Below the pieces are notes generated by a model, which saw only the letters and a list, made by a program, of their open reading frames with translations, was not told the DNA's origin and searched no databases. DNA of 64,000 nt from an uncultured virus (IMG/VR IMGVR_UViG_3300044693_000183). Lineage: Duplodnaviria > Heunggongvirae > Uroviricota > Caudoviricetes. Below are positions 1-9,115 of the stretch, one piece after another. The stretch's first letter is position 1. Every line of letters starts with the position of its first letter. Where the stretch lies: the IMG/VR virus record IMGVR_UViG_3300044693_000183. One strand, given 5' to 3'. The position numbers were made by a program, and so were the translations under genes.

Positions 1-46
1 GCCGCGCCTTCCCGGGCGCGGCCCCACTGTCATTAGCGGCAACCGC

Positions 47-1135
47 CTACTGCCGAACGAAGCCATTAACGGCGGCGCCTGGCCAAAGCTGGGTTGCCTT
101 CGCGGACGTTCCGGCACAGCCGAGGACTTTCCCTGTGGTGTCCTGCGCGATCCACGTGTCCGGCGTTGGGGCCGGCGGGGCGAGTGTGTCCAGGTTGATC
201 GCGTGCGGATCCAGCATCGCCTGACCGCCGTTCGTGAACGACGCCAGCGCCAGCGGGTTCGGGGAGTCCTGCCACGCCTGGAAACCCACAATGTTCGGGT
301 ACTGCGCGTGCAGGCCCGCAGTCAACTGGGTGGCGTCCCACGACGCGGTTCCGTCCTGCTGGTTCGGCCCGGCCTCGAACAGCAGCACAGGCACCCCGGC
401 GGCGAGCAAGGTCTGGTAGTCGTCGTTGAACTTGTTGGGGAACAGCAGGTTGTCCGTGTACAGGGATGCGCCCGCGAGGTCGTACTGGCCAGCTGGCGGG
501 CGAGCGTAGTCCAGGCTCGTGTACCAGGACATGCCCGTGGACCATCCGATGAGGACACCGGGGCACTGTTGGCGGATGTAGCTGATGAGGTCTGCCCATA
601 GGGCGCGGTAGCCGGTGGCGGAGCGGGTTGGGTTGGTGTAGTCCATTGACCACCAGAACGTCAAATTGGATACCTCGTGTAGCGGCCTGAACACGATAGG
701 TGATCCCTTGGGGAGTGCTTGGAGAAACTGCGCCATGCTCGTCTTCATGGCCGCCCACCGAGACTTCGCAGTCGAGGCCGGCGCCGAAGGCAGCAGCAGC
801 GTCAAGTCATGCTTCGACCCGAACGCGTTCGACACCCACGCCGAGCTGATCGTCTGAGTCGAGCTCCACGGGTCCGGCGGGTGGATGTCCAACACCGCGA
901 TACCACCACTGTTGAGGTGCTGCGAGATCACCGCGATCTGCGAGGCACGATAGGCGGTGGTGTCCTGCGAGCCAACGAGGATCGTCGTCCCCAACATCGC
1001 CGGCACTTTCGGCAACGGCGCGATCAGCTCGGCATAGGAGTCGTTGGCGTCCTGATACTCCGGCAGGTGCTGGCCAGTCAGGATGCCCTGGCCCGTGATG
1101 GACTGCAGGTAGGGCACAACATCGGTTGATTGCAT
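47..1135 (-). CDS. Glycoside hydrolase family 26-like (beta-mannanase-like)
   Basis: IVFRPLHE..FWW acid/base motif, DLAGASLY, PVLLFEAG nucleophile motif, FQAW. Confidence 0.75.
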   Translation of the reverse strand: MQSTDVVPYLQSITGQGILTGQHLPEYQDANDSYAELIAPLPKVPAMLGTTILVGSQDTTAYRASQIAVISQHLNSGGIAVLDIHPPDPWSSTQTISSAWVSNAFGSKHDLTLLLPSAPASTAKSRWAAMKTSMAQFLQALPKGSPIVFRPLHEVSNLTFWWSMDYTNPTRSATGYRALWADLISYIRQQCPGVLIGWSTGMSWYTSLDYARPPAGQYDLAGASLYTDNLLFPNKFNDDYQTLLAAGVPVLLFEAGPNQQDGTASWDATQLTAGLHAQYPNIVGFQAWQDSPNPLALASFTNGGQAMLDPHAINLDTLAPPAPTPDTWIAQDTTGKVLGCAGTSAKATQLWPGAAVNGFVRQ

Positions 1136-1145
1136 AGGTACTCCG

Positions 1146-1180
1146 CGGTGTGGGGTCGGGCGCTACCTGGTCAGGGCAGC
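1146..1180 (-). promoter_or_regulatory. CUGACCA-loop hairpin plus CCCACACCG leader element
   Basis: GCTGCC-CTGACCA-GGTAGC then CCCACACCG just upstream of the GH26 start. Confidence 0.7.
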
Positions 1181-1242
1181 AGTGTGATTCAGCGTACGGC
1201 AGCCTTACGCTCGGCGTATTAGCCTGCGCCTTGGCAGCTCGC

Positions 1243-1273
1243 GAACGAGAAACGGCCCCCAGTTGGGGGCCGT
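1243..1273 (-). terminator. Intrinsic terminator
   Basis: 9-bp stem ACGGCCCCC/GGGGGCCGT followed by TTTCTCGTT on the minus strand. Confidence 0.65.
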
Positions 1274-1361
1274 CGGGCTAGGGCTACTGACCCTAGCGGG
1301 GATGCGGCAACTATACATCGGCGCAAGAGCACAGGCGACCGATGCGGTGCTCATCGCCAGG

Positions 1362-1679
1362 TCACGCCACCACCTCCGTCTCGACTGAACCGCCACCGAG
1401 CATCTGCCCCACCTCCAACAGTTGGGCAGCAAGCCCCCGCACCCTGGCAGCCAACGAGCCACCCATACACGGGCCGGGAATCCACCCCTCAGCCATGGCA
1501 ATAGCCACCGCGTGCACCGGATTCTCTGCGCCGATCTTGCGGCACAAGCGGCCCGACCTCTGCCGCACGCTCGCGTGCTCTATGAACAACTGCTTCGCGG
1601 CTTGCTGATACGTGTGGCCCGTCGACAGGAGTTGCAGCAGGGCCAGGTCACCCTGGGATAGGGGGCAGATGTCAGGCAC
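1362..1679 (-). CDS. LuxR-type HTH regulator
   Basis: LSQGDLALLQLLSTGHTYQQAAKQLFI...KIGAENPVHAVAIAMAEGWI; GTG start overlaps the WhiB stop. Confidence 0.8.
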   Translation of the reverse strand: MPDICPLSQGDLALLQLLSTGHTYQQAAKQLFIEHASVRQRSGRLCRKIGAENPVHAVAIAMAEGWIPGPCMGGSLAARVRGLAAQLLEVGQMLGGGSVETEVVA

Positions 1680-2118
1680 AGTCCACCGCCATCGCGTCGA
1701 GTTGCCGCCAGATCGACACGCACCGGCGCTGTGTGCAGCGCTCGCCCGCGGGAACATCGGCCGCCAGCATTGCTGTGTCTGGGTCTGCGGTCATGCCCGC
1801 GTTGCATACGCTGTCACAGGAGTCGGTGACCACGTGCCACTTGTGGATCTTTTTGCGGTGTTGGTGTGGGGCCATAGCGCGGGTGGTCTTCGGATCCACG
1901 GTGACGCCGATGGCCTGCTGAGAGCTCAACGCTTCCCGTTCGGCCTGGTCCAGGCCGCCCCAGATTCCCTGCTCCTTGCGGTCGATGCCGGCCCGTAGGC
2001 ACGGGTCCTTCAGGGGGCAGGTGGCACAGATGGAGCGTGCCCGCGTGATGTTGCCTGGATCTGTGGAGAACCACAGGTCCGGCTCGCTGCGGCAGGGAGC
2101 GTCCTCGGGTCTGCTCAC
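1672..2118 (-). CDS. whiB: WhiB-family regulator with extra C-terminal Cys/His domain
   Basis: C..PDLWF, CxxC, C, GIWGG motifs. Confidence 0.9.
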   Translation of the reverse strand: MSRPEDAPCRSEPDLWFSTDPGNITRARSICATCPLKDPCLRAGIDRKEQGIWGGLDQAEREALSSQQAIGVTVDPKTTRAMAPHQHRKKIHKWHVVTDSCDSVCNAGMTADPDTAMLAADVPAGERCTQRRCVSIWRQLDAMAVDCA

Positions 2119-2387
2119 GCCACCTCACCGCCCGGAACCGGCTCGCTCGTGGTGACGTTGCGGATCGTGCGGATGTCTTCCTCGCGGGCCTGGAGCTGCA
2201 GCGTCCAACAGCCGTCGATCATGCCGTGCATCCGAATGATCTTCGCGGAAGTGGTCTGCACCGCCACGAAAGCATCGAGCATCTGGTTGGAGGGCCACGT
2301 GACCTGGTGAGCCTGCACGTACTCCACGTGACCGCTCATCCATGTGATCTCGTAGGTCCTCAAAGGACCGTAGTCGGAGTCACTCAT
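2115..2387 (-). CDS. Hypothetical protein
   Basis: ORF coupled to the WhiB gene; upstream leader element and RBS. Confidence 0.75.
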   Translation of the reverse strand: MSDSDYGPLRTYEITWMSGHVEYVQAHQVTWPSNQMLDAFVAVQTTSAKIIRMHGMIDGCWTLQLQAREEDIRTIRNVTTSEPVPGGEVA

Positions 2388-2407
2388 GGGAAGGTCTCTT
2401 CCTGTTG

Positions 2408-2521
2408 CGGTGTGGGTGTGGTCGGTGCTGTCTGGTCAGGACAGCGGGGTTGGTCAGCGTAGGACTGGTCAGGTCTCTACGCATCCCAGGATGCGCTACA
2501 GATCAGGGCTGGTCGAGGCCC
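2408..2521 (-). promoter_or_regulatory. Cluster of CUGACCA-loop hairpins plus CCCACACCG
   Basis: GCTGTC-CTGACCA-GACAGC (2427-2445), GAC-CTGACCA-GTC (~2463-2476), GGGC-CTCGACCA-GCCC (~2506-2521), CCCACACCG (2408-2416). Confidence 0.7.
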
Positions 2522-2561
2522 AAGGGGATAACGGTCTAGAAAGCGGAGGTGCAGTGCCTCG

Positions 2562-2954
2562 CTAGCGTCCCTTCGCGAGCGTGCACGTGCAGGTGCCCTC
2601 CGTGAAGGGCTCGTACCCGTGCTCCCGCATCACGGCGGCATGGGCACGGCTGTAGATCGTGGGACCAGCACAGCGCTCATCGTGACCGGCCGCGCGGTGC
2701 CGGCGCCGCGACTCGTGAAAGACAGCGGTCGCCTTGCAGTGGATGTCCTCGTAGTTGCCCCGGAACCGCCCCATGTTCGCCGAGTCGTAGATCCGCATCT
2801 CGGCGTCCTCGAAAAGCTCTTCGTCGGTGAGGTCGCGGAGCTTGGCGATCCAGGTGTCGAGGTCGGCTTTGGTGGACGGGTGGGCCGCCTTGTACTCGGC
2901 CGCGCCGCCGTGGCCGATGAGGTCGATGAGTTGGGCGTCGGTCAGGGTCTTCAC
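2562..2954 (-). CDS. Hypothetical protein
   Basis: Protein-like ORF with GAAGGAG RBS. Confidence 0.75.
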   Translation of the reverse strand: MKTLTDAQLIDLIGHGGAAEYKAAHPSTKADLDTWIAKLRDLTDEELFEDAEMRIYDSANMGRFRGNYEDIHCKATAVFHESRRRHRAAGHDERCAGPTIYSRAHAAVMREHGYEPFTEGTCTCTLAKGR

Positions 2955-3012
2955 TGGTTCTCCTTCGTCTTCTTGGTCCGCTGGGTTACGGGCTGGTTCT
3001 GGTAGTGCTTCC

Positions 3013-3210
3013 TCAACACCCCGAGGCTTCCTGGCTCACCGCTTCGGCGATCTTCGTCAGGTCGTCGCTGGTGTAGGTGTGCGGGTGCTTCGCCAGCTCA
3101 CGCAGCACGGCGACCGTGGCTGCTATCGCCTTCCGCTTGGCGGCCGGGCCGTATGCGGCTCCCTGTGTCGCAAGGGCCGCGGACACCCACAGCTTGTTGA
3201 GGTCCTTCAC
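3013..3210 (-). CDS. Hypothetical protein
   Basis: GTGA overlap with upstream gene, GGAGG RBS. Confidence 0.7.
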   Translation of the reverse strand: MKDLNKLWVSAALATQGAAYGPAAKRKAIAATVAVLRELAKHPHTYTSDDLTKIAEAVSQEASGC

Positions 3211-3410
3211 TTTTCCTCCTTGGCTTTCTGTTGCCCGTAGCGCTTGCGCAGAGCCTCACCTGTCACTGCCACCTCACCCTTGGTTCGGTCGCGCAGCTCC
3301 ACGGAGATCCGGTTCCACGACAGACCCCTCTCCCGTTGGATGGCGATCCAGTCGGGGAGGGGCCGGCGGAGCCTTTTCGCCGCGAGGAGCTCGTTTGCGG
3401 TGGGGTTCAT
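3207..3410 (-). CDS. Small HTH-like DNA-binding protein (Cro/repressor-like), leaderless
   Basis: RERGLSWNRISVEL..VTGEALRK HTH-like pattern; ATG 7 nt after a TACAGT -10 box. Confidence 0.65.
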   Translation of the reverse strand: MNPTANELLAAKRLRRPLPDWIAIQRERGLSWNRISVELRDRTKGEVAVTGEALRKRYGQQKAKEEK

Positions 3411-3417
3411 GGCTCAA

Positions 3418-3465
3418 ACTGTAGTTGGCAACTGGGTTGCGGGCAAGTGGGTTGCGGCGTACTGT
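3418..3465. promoter_or_regulatory. Overlapping divergent promoters (candidate genetic switch)
   Basis: Leftward TTGCCC-17-TACAGT (3446-3418); rightward TTGCGG-17-TACTGT (3437-3465); direct repeat TGGGTTGCGG x2. Confidence 0.7.
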
Positions 3466-3485
3466 GGTGTTCGACCAAAGCACCA

Positions 3486-3519
3486 CCGGGCCTGACCAGC
3501 CCAGACCACACCCACACCG
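3486..3519 (+). promoter_or_regulatory. CUGACCA-loop hairpin plus CCCACACCG leader element
   Basis: CCGGGCCTGACCAGCCC then CCCACACCG then AGGAGG RBS. Confidence 0.75.
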
Positions 3520-3536
3520 AACACAGGAGGCACACA

Positions 3537-3704
3537 GTGCCCACCTACACGGCCTTACGCTCACCCCGAGCAATGAACACGCCGATCACGCGCCGTTCCT
3601 GCTACGTCGTGGCCGAACTCGCCAACAACAGGCTGTGGGTCATCGGCCTCACCACCGCCACCCTGTTCGCTGCCGCGGTGATCGGAGCCGGGCCGTGGAC
3701 CTGA
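3537..3704 (+). CDS. Small membrane protein
   Basis: AGGAGG RBS, C-terminal hydrophobic helix. Confidence 0.55.
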   Translation: MPTYTALRSPRAMNTPITRRSCYVVAELANNRLWVIGLTTATLFAAAVIGAGPWT

Positions 3705-3822
3705 ACCTGATGGAAGGCGTCGGGAGCATGGCGGCTGCCCTGTTCGCCGGCTGGCTGGAGTGGCGCATCGTGCACCAGGCGTGGAAGTTCGCCCGCAGCA
3801 AGAAGGCGCAGGAGGAAGCAAG

Positions 3823-4383
3823 GTGAGCGAACAACGCAACTGGCGTGACTGCCACACCTGCCGGCAGATCGCTGCCGAGCAACGCGCCAGCACCGACGCC
3901 CAGCAGCGGTGGATAACGAGCAGTGTGTGGGCCGCACTGGACGGGGCCGTGCCGCGTGAGGTGCTGCTGGCCATGAGCATGGCCGAGCTGCACGCTACCC
4001 ACCACGTCGAAGACCGCAACACCACGGACTCGATCATGATCACGGGCGTGCGGGAACTCGTCGCGCACTACACCACCAAGACGGTGCCGCGCGACGAAGC
4101 CAACGACCGAGCAACAAACCTGTGGAACTCGTGGCAGGCCGAGGTCAAGCAGATCCGCGAGACCGCAGACGCTGAGGCGCGAGCCCAGTACGAGGCTGAC
4201 CTGCGTGAGGCGCAGACCCGACTTTTGATCGTTGATGCCCTGCGCCACCAGGCCGGAACACGCAAGACCATGCAGGCCGCAGATGTTCGTGCCGCCCTGG
4301 ACTGGGTGCGTGGTGAGGAAGTTCCTGCATTCGCGGTCGAGCACTACCGGAAGATATCCGGCGTGCAGCGAGGCGCTGCGTGA
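3823..4383 (+). CDS. Hypothetical protein
   Basis: GGAGG RBS, N-terminal CxxC, helical protein. Confidence 0.75.
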   Translation: MSEQRNWRDCHTCRQIAAEQRASTDAQQRWITSSVWAALDGAVPREVLLAMSMAELHATHHVEDRNTTDSIMITGVRELVAHYTTKTVPRDEANDRATNLWNSWQAEVKQIRETADAEARAQYEADLREAQTRLLIVDALRHQAGTRKTMQAADVRAALDWVRGEEVPAFAVEHYRKISGVQRGAA

Positions 4384-4474
4384 CTTATCACCGCAGGTCA
4401 GCAAGGGTATACGGGCAGAATCGTTACCCCATAACACGTGACCACAGTAGACCGACCACATAGACTGAACACCT

Positions 4475-4565
4475 GGAGCTGACCACTCCGACCGGGCCTG
4501 ACCAGCCCTGAAACCAACCCAGTACCGCGAGGCGGGGACCACGCCGAGCGGGAACTGACCAGCCC
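4475..4565 (+). promoter_or_regulatory. Tandem CUGACCA-loop hairpins in the leader of the recombination operon
   Basis: GGAG-CTGACCA-CTCC (4475-4489), GGGC-CTGACCA-GCCC (4494-4508), third CTGACCAG at 4555-4562. Confidence 0.7.
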
Positions 4566-4591
4566 ACATCGCAAGCGATAGGACACCGACC

Positions 4592-6040
4592 ATGGCTAGT
4601 TTGAAGACACGAAAGCCCACAGGACGCGCGTCTTGGCCGCTGATTCTCCTCGCCGGGGAAGCGAAGACTGGCAAGACCTGGGCTGCCGCCGAGTTTACTG
4701 GTGACGAGCGCGTGGGCCGATGCTTCTGGATCGACCTTGGCGAGGGTTGCGCTGACGAGTATGGCGCCGTTCCCGGGGCTGACTACGAGATCGTTGAGCA
4801 CAACGGAACCTGGGTCGACATCATCGAGCAGGTCGAGGCCGTTCGCGACGTGGCCCGTGCCGAGCTGGAAGCGGGCAACAAGCCCGTCCTTCTGGTCATC
4901 GACTCGATGACTGCTGAGTGGGCAATGCTCACGGAGTGGACGAACAACCGGGCCAAGCGGTCGAAGTCCAACCGGGCTCTCCTTGCTGACGACCCGGACG
5001 CCGAGATCGACGTCACCTCAAACTACTGGAACGACGCGAATTCCCGACACAACCGGCTGATGAACATCCTCAAGACGTTCCCCGGGATCGTGGTTCTCAC
5101 CGCGCTGGAGACGGAGAAGACCCAGTTCGGCCCCGGCGGTAGGCCGTTGCAGAACGCCCCGAAGGTGGCGAAGCCGGATGGGCAGAAGCGTCTGACCGCT
5201 GACGTCAACATCTGGATCCGGCTGTCACTGACCGAGGAGCCGGTGGTCGTCAGCATGCGGACGGCGAAGCGTTCAATCCGGCCCGGCAAGGACAAGCCGG
5301 AGCCGTGGCCCGACTTCACCCTGGGCAAGCTCGTGTTCGAGTTTCTGGGCATCGACGCGGGTACGGCAGAGGTGCGAGCCATGCCGGTGTTAAACGCAGA
5401 CCAGGTGATGCCGGACGAGAAGCCCCAGCCGGACGAGCCCGACTTTGAGTTGATGGAGAAGCGCGCGAACGACGCCGCGCAGATCCTCGGCGATGCCCAG
5501 AAGGCCACGACACCAGCCGCGTTCAAGGAGCTGTGGGACGAGGCCAACGGCAAGCGGCTGATGGGCTGGCGGATCGGCGAGAAGACGCTGGAGAAGTTGC
5601 TGCGCGCCGAGGCCGACCGTATCAAGAAGGCCGACGCCAAGCCTGCTGCGCAGGTGGAGAAGCCGAAGCCGGCCGTGCAGGAGAAGCCCGCTGCCGCGGA
5701 GCCCGTGAAGCCCGCTCCTGTGGTGAACGCTGGCGGTTTCTTGACCGCAGTCGGTGCGGCCGTGCAGGCAAACCGTAAGGGCCTGATCACTCGGGACCAG
5801 TACACCCAGCTCGGGAAGCTGTACACGGGGAAGCTGCGACTGCCCAATCCGCAAACCCAGTTGCGTCTCGCCACGAGGCTGCTGGAGTTGCCGGCGCCGT
5901 TGACGGATCCGAAGCAGTTGACGGCCGACCAGGCGGTGAAGCTGCTGAAGGAACTGGAGAACATTGCTGAGGCTGGTGAAGCGGCTGACGCGTTGATCGC
6001 CGGGATCTTGCAGCGCACCGACGAGCCCGTTTCCGCCTGA
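4592..6040 (+). CDS. AAA ATPase, Sak4-like single-strand annealing/recombination protein
   Basis: Walker A GEAKTGKT, Walker B LLVIDS; lies upstream of ssb. Confidence 0.8.
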   Translation: MASLKTRKPTGRASWPLILLAGEAKTGKTWAAAEFTGDERVGRCFWIDLGEGCADEYGAVPGADYEIVEHNGTWVDIIEQVEAVRDVARAELEAGNKPVLLVIDSMTAEWAMLTEWTNNRAKRSKSNRALLADDPDAEIDVTSNYWNDANSRHNRLMNILKTFPGIVVLTALETEKTQFGPGGRPLQNAPKVAKPDGQKRLTADVNIWIRLSLTEEPVVVSMRTAKRSIRPGKDKPEPWPDFTLGKLVFEFLGIDAGTAEVRAMPVLNADQVMPDEKPQPDEPDFELMEKRANDAAQILGDAQKATTPAAFKELWDEANGKRLMGWRIGEKTLEKLLRAEADRIKKADAKPAAQVEKPKPAVQEKPAAAEPVKPAPVVNAGGFLTAVGAAVQANRKGLITRDQYTQLGKLYTGKLRLPNPQTQLRLATRLLELPAPLTDPKQLTADQAVKLLKELENIAEAGEAADALIAGILQRTDEPVSA

Positions 6041-6048
6041 TTCTCTCT

Positions 6049-6396
6049 GTGGGCCGCGTCACGACGCGACCGGCGCGGCCCGCAGACCCCAAACCTCCCT
6101 TGGAGTCTGTCATGGACTTGAACTCTGATCGGGACATCCTCGGCCAGTACCCGGATCACACGGTGACACCTGTGCCTGCGGATCGGCGGATGCGGTGGCA
6201 TCACCACACGTGCCCGGACGGCACGAAAGTCCGGGTGCTGGCCCAGCGGATCGCCGCCACGAACACGGTGATCCACAAGTGGGTGGTGGGCGGCGAGTAC
6301 GTGGGATCGAACCCGGTCCGCACGTCGGTGGATGTACCGCCGTCGTGGGTAGTGATCGATGCCGAATACCCGGCACAGGAAAGGAAGGCAGCCTGA
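6049..6396 (+). CDS. Hypothetical protein (start uncertain)
   Basis: Stop overlaps the ssb ATG. Confidence 0.65.
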   Translation: MGRVTTRPARPADPKPPLESVMDLNSDRDILGQYPDHTVTPVPADRRMRWHHHTCPDGTKVRVLAQRIAATNTVIHKWVVGGEYVGSNPVRTSVDVPPSWVVIDAEYPAQERKAA

Positions 6397-6860
6397 TGGC
6401 ACAAGGCGATGTGACAGTAACGATCATCGGCAATCTCGTAGCTGACGGGGAGTTGCGTTACACCCAGTCGGGCGCTGCGGTGGCTTCGTTCACCGTGGCC
6501 TCCACTCCCCGCACATACGACAAGAACAGCGGCGAGTGGAAAGACGGCGAAGCCCTGTTCATGCGCTGCTCGCTGTGGCGGCAGCCGGCCGAGAATTTCG
6601 TTGAGAGCCTGAGCAAGGGCGCACGGGTGATCGTGGTCGGTCGCCTCAGGCAGCGTTCGTACGAGACCAAAGAGGGCGAGCGCCGTACGGTCGTGGAGCT
6701 CGACGTGGAAGAGGTCGGGCCCAGCCTGAAGTACGCGACGGCGAAGGTAAACAAGGTCGCCCGTAGTTCAAGTGGTGGTGGGTTTGGTGGTGGCAGCAGC
6801 TCGGCCGATGACGACCCGTGGTCGGGCCAGCAGTCCGACGCCGCGGCTCCACCTTTTTAG
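6396..6860 (+). CDS. ssb: Single-stranded DNA-binding protein
   Basis: [27 protein letters not shown]..; acidic C-terminus ending PPF. Confidence 0.97.
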   Translation: MAQGDVTVTIIGNLVADGELRYTQSGAAVASFTVASTPRTYDKNSGEWKDGEALFMRCSLWRQPAENFVESLSKGARVIVVGRLRQRSYETKEGERRTVVELDVEEVGPSLKYATAKVNKVARSSSGGGFGGGSSSADDDPWSGQQSDAAAPPF

Positions 6861-6862
6861 CC

Positions 6863-7495
6863 ATGGCTATCCAGACGTGCCGCGTGTGCCAGGGACGGAT
6901 CATCCCCGTCCCTGGGCACCCGCCGCGTATCCACCCCATGTGCGCGCCGCCCGAGGAGTCCTGGCACTCCACACGAGAGTGGCAGCAGCTGGAGGAGCAG
7001 TTGGTGGCGACCGACCTCATGTCTACCGCCACGGTGGTGATCGCGTGCGGCGGCAGGGAGTACGGGGATGTGGTGCAGGTGCGCCGTGTCCTCGCCGACC
7101 TGAACCGGAAAGCCGTGTTGCGGCATGGCGGCGCGTCTGGGGCGGACGAGCTTGCGGGGCGGGTCTGGACGCAGCTGGGCGGCACGGTCGAGGTCTTTGA
7201 GGCGGACTGGGACGGCCCGTGCGGCCCGTCTTGTCCACGTGGGCATCGCCGGCCACGCCAGTCAGGCGGCACGTGGTGCCCGGCGGCCGGCCCGAAGCGG
7301 AATCGTCGCATGGCACGCCCCGAGAACGGCCTGCGGGCGGAGCTGGTGATCGCGTTCCCCGGTAGCCGTGGCACCGCGGACATGGTTGCCACGGCCCGTG
7401 CGGCAGGGATCCCGGTGCGGTTGGTACCGGAACGACTGGTGGCCCCGAAGCAGGCAACAAAGACAAAGACGAAGCCCAGAGGGAGGGCAGCGTGA
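6863..7495 (+). CDS. SLOG-family (YspA/DUF2493-like) protein
   Basis: IACGGREY, HGGASGAD, AGPKRNRRM, AFPGSRGTADM motifs. Confidence 0.85.
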   Translation: MAIQTCRVCQGRIIPVPGHPPRIHPMCAPPEESWHSTREWQQLEEQLVATDLMSTATVVIACGGREYGDVVQVRRVLADLNRKAVLRHGGASGADELAGRVWTQLGGTVEVFEADWDGPCGPSCPRGHRRPRQSGGTWCPAAGPKRNRRMARPENGLRAELVIAFPGSRGTADMVATARAAGIPVRLVPERLVAPKQATKTKTKPRGRAA

Positions 7496-7869
7496 GCACT
7501 AGTGAATCCCTGAAGCGCCTCGGCGACGTGTCCCGCACATACGAGGAGAAGGCCAACAAAGCGGCCAAGGTGTACGAGGCTGCAGCACGTGCGGAATCAG
7601 CGCACCGCTACGAGAAGGCCAAGGCCATGCTCCGCATCAAGAACGGGGCCGACTTCAAGATGTCCATAGCTGAGGCGGAGACCCGGGCGGACGCAGACGA
7701 CACGGTGGCTGAGCTGTTTCAGCAGCGTGTCGTCACCGCTGCGGCGGCGGATGCGTTGAGGGCGAAGCTGGCGCAGTTGCGGGAGCAGGTCGCTGTGGGT
7801 CGTACCGCAGTGGTGGATGAGCGGGCTGGGGACCAGTTCCACTCGCGCGGCTATGGAGGTTCGGCGTGA
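7492..7869 (+). CDS. Hypothetical helical protein
   Basis: Coupled ORF with RBS. Confidence 0.75.
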   Translation: MSTSESLKRLGDVSRTYEEKANKAAKVYEAAARAESAHRYEKAKAMLRIKNGADFKMSIAEAETRADADDTVAELFQQRVVTAAAADALRAKLAQLREQVAVGRTAVVDERAGDQFHSRGYGGSA

Positions 7870-8429
7870 TCGAGCAGCCGAGGCCGCGTAAACCATTGCA
7901 GCGCAGGACCCCACTGAAGCCGGGCGGTCCTCTGGCGCGTAAGCCGTTCCCGCAGCAGCAGCCGTGCGTGGGCAAGACGCGCGACCGCGAGCAGACGCCG
8001 AAGACACCGAAACGGCGGCCCGAAGGCTACTGGCCCAAGAGCAAAGGGAACCCGATCGTACTGACGCGGTCGCAGAACGAGTGCGAGCTGCGCTTGCCGT
8101 GGGCGTGCCTCGGCGGTCGGGGGCACTCAACGCACCACATCACGGACCGCTCGATCGATGACAGTGGTTGGCCCCCGTCCGGGCTCTTGAGGTCATGTGG
8201 CGACGGGACTACTGGCTGTCACGGATGGGTTACCGACAACCCGAAGGCCGCCCGCGAACTCGGCGGCTGGGTGCGTGGATCCTGCGACAACCGATACGAG
8301 ACCCCTGTCCTGCTGTGCTCGTACCTGTGGCCCGGACAACGCCGCTGGGTGGTACTCGACGACAAGGGCGACTTTGAGCAGACCGACCCGCCGAAGTGGG
8401 CACGGACGTGGACGGAGGAGGCGGCATGA
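7866..8429 (+). CDS. HNH-like endonuclease
   Basis: CE..C, HH, CGDGTTGCHGWV motif. Confidence 0.75.
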   Translation: MIEQPRPRKPLQRRTPLKPGGPLARKPFPQQQPCVGKTRDREQTPKTPKRRPEGYWPKSKGNPIVLTRSQNECELRLPWACLGGRGHSTHHITDRSIDDSGWPPSGLLRSCGDGTTGCHGWVTDNPKAARELGGWVRGSCDNRYETPVLLCSYLWPGQRRWVVLDDKGDFEQTDPPKWARTWTEEAA

Positions 8430-9115
8430 GATCAGCCACTGTTCCGGAAATCCCCACCTGCACGGCGCGTCTGCACCGCACCCACAACGCCAAGTACAAG
8501 TTCAACTGCGTGTGCCCAGCGGCTGAGAAGCACGCCAGCTACTACAACGAGCTTCGGCGCCGAGGGCAGCTTCCGCCCCGCATGGTCGACGGCACCGGGA
8601 CCCGCCGTCGCGTCCAGGGGCTGGTGGCCATTGGGTACACGGCGGTGCAGATTGCGGACGCCGCAGCACGGTCGCATGTGCGGGTGAAGCTACTGCTGAC
8701 CGAGGAACACACCCGGCAGGTCACTGCCGAGGTTGCGGAAGCTATCCGCTACACCGCCCAGGCGTTAGGGACTCGGCCCGCGCCCGCAGGGTGGGTGGCG
8801 GATCGGGCTCGCCGACACGCCGAGACGCGCGGCTGGTGGCCGCTGGACTTCTGGGACGACATCGACAACGACCCCGACCCCGAACCGGTCCCGGATGGGG
8901 TGGACGAGATCGCCGTCATGCACGCCCTCGCTGGGGACATGCACTGGCAGCAGTTGGGGCCGTTGGAGCGGCGCACGGTCGTGGCCGAGATGAGGCAGCG
9001 CGGCATCTCCATCTCGGACATTGCAGTGCGGTTGAGGGGTTCTCTCGGGTCGGTGAATGCCGCGTGTGACGCGATGCGGGCCCCCAGGGACAGGCGAAGG
9101 AGGAGAGTGTCGTGA
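8426..9115 (+). CDS. Phage DNA-binding protein (Zn motif plus HTH domains)
   Basis: H..CxC motif, RRRVQGLVAIGYT HTH, C-terminal HTH; paralog of next gene. Confidence 0.75.
   Translation: MRSATVPEIPTCTARLHRTHNAKYKFNCVCPAAEKHASYYNELRRRGQLPPRMVDGTGTRRRVQGLVAIGYTAVQIADAAARSHVRVKLLLTEEHTRQVTAEVAEAIRYTAQALGTRPAPAGWVADRARRHAETRGWWPLDFWDDIDNDPDPEPVPDGVDEIAVMHALAGDMHWQQLGPLERRTVVAEMRQRGISISDIAVRLRGSLGSVNAACDAMRAPRDRRRRRVS

Noticed and set aside
3488..3502. CUGACCA loop as an anticodon-loop mimic complementing the armless tRNA
   Set aside because: A 7-nt loop starting CU fits, but position 37 is C rather than a purine and only 5 nt (UGGUC/GACCA) could pair; too weak to claim
5023..6402. Long antisense ORFs here and at 44874-46355, 15967-17010, 26068-27069
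   Set aside because: High-GC shadow frames opposite well-supported genes
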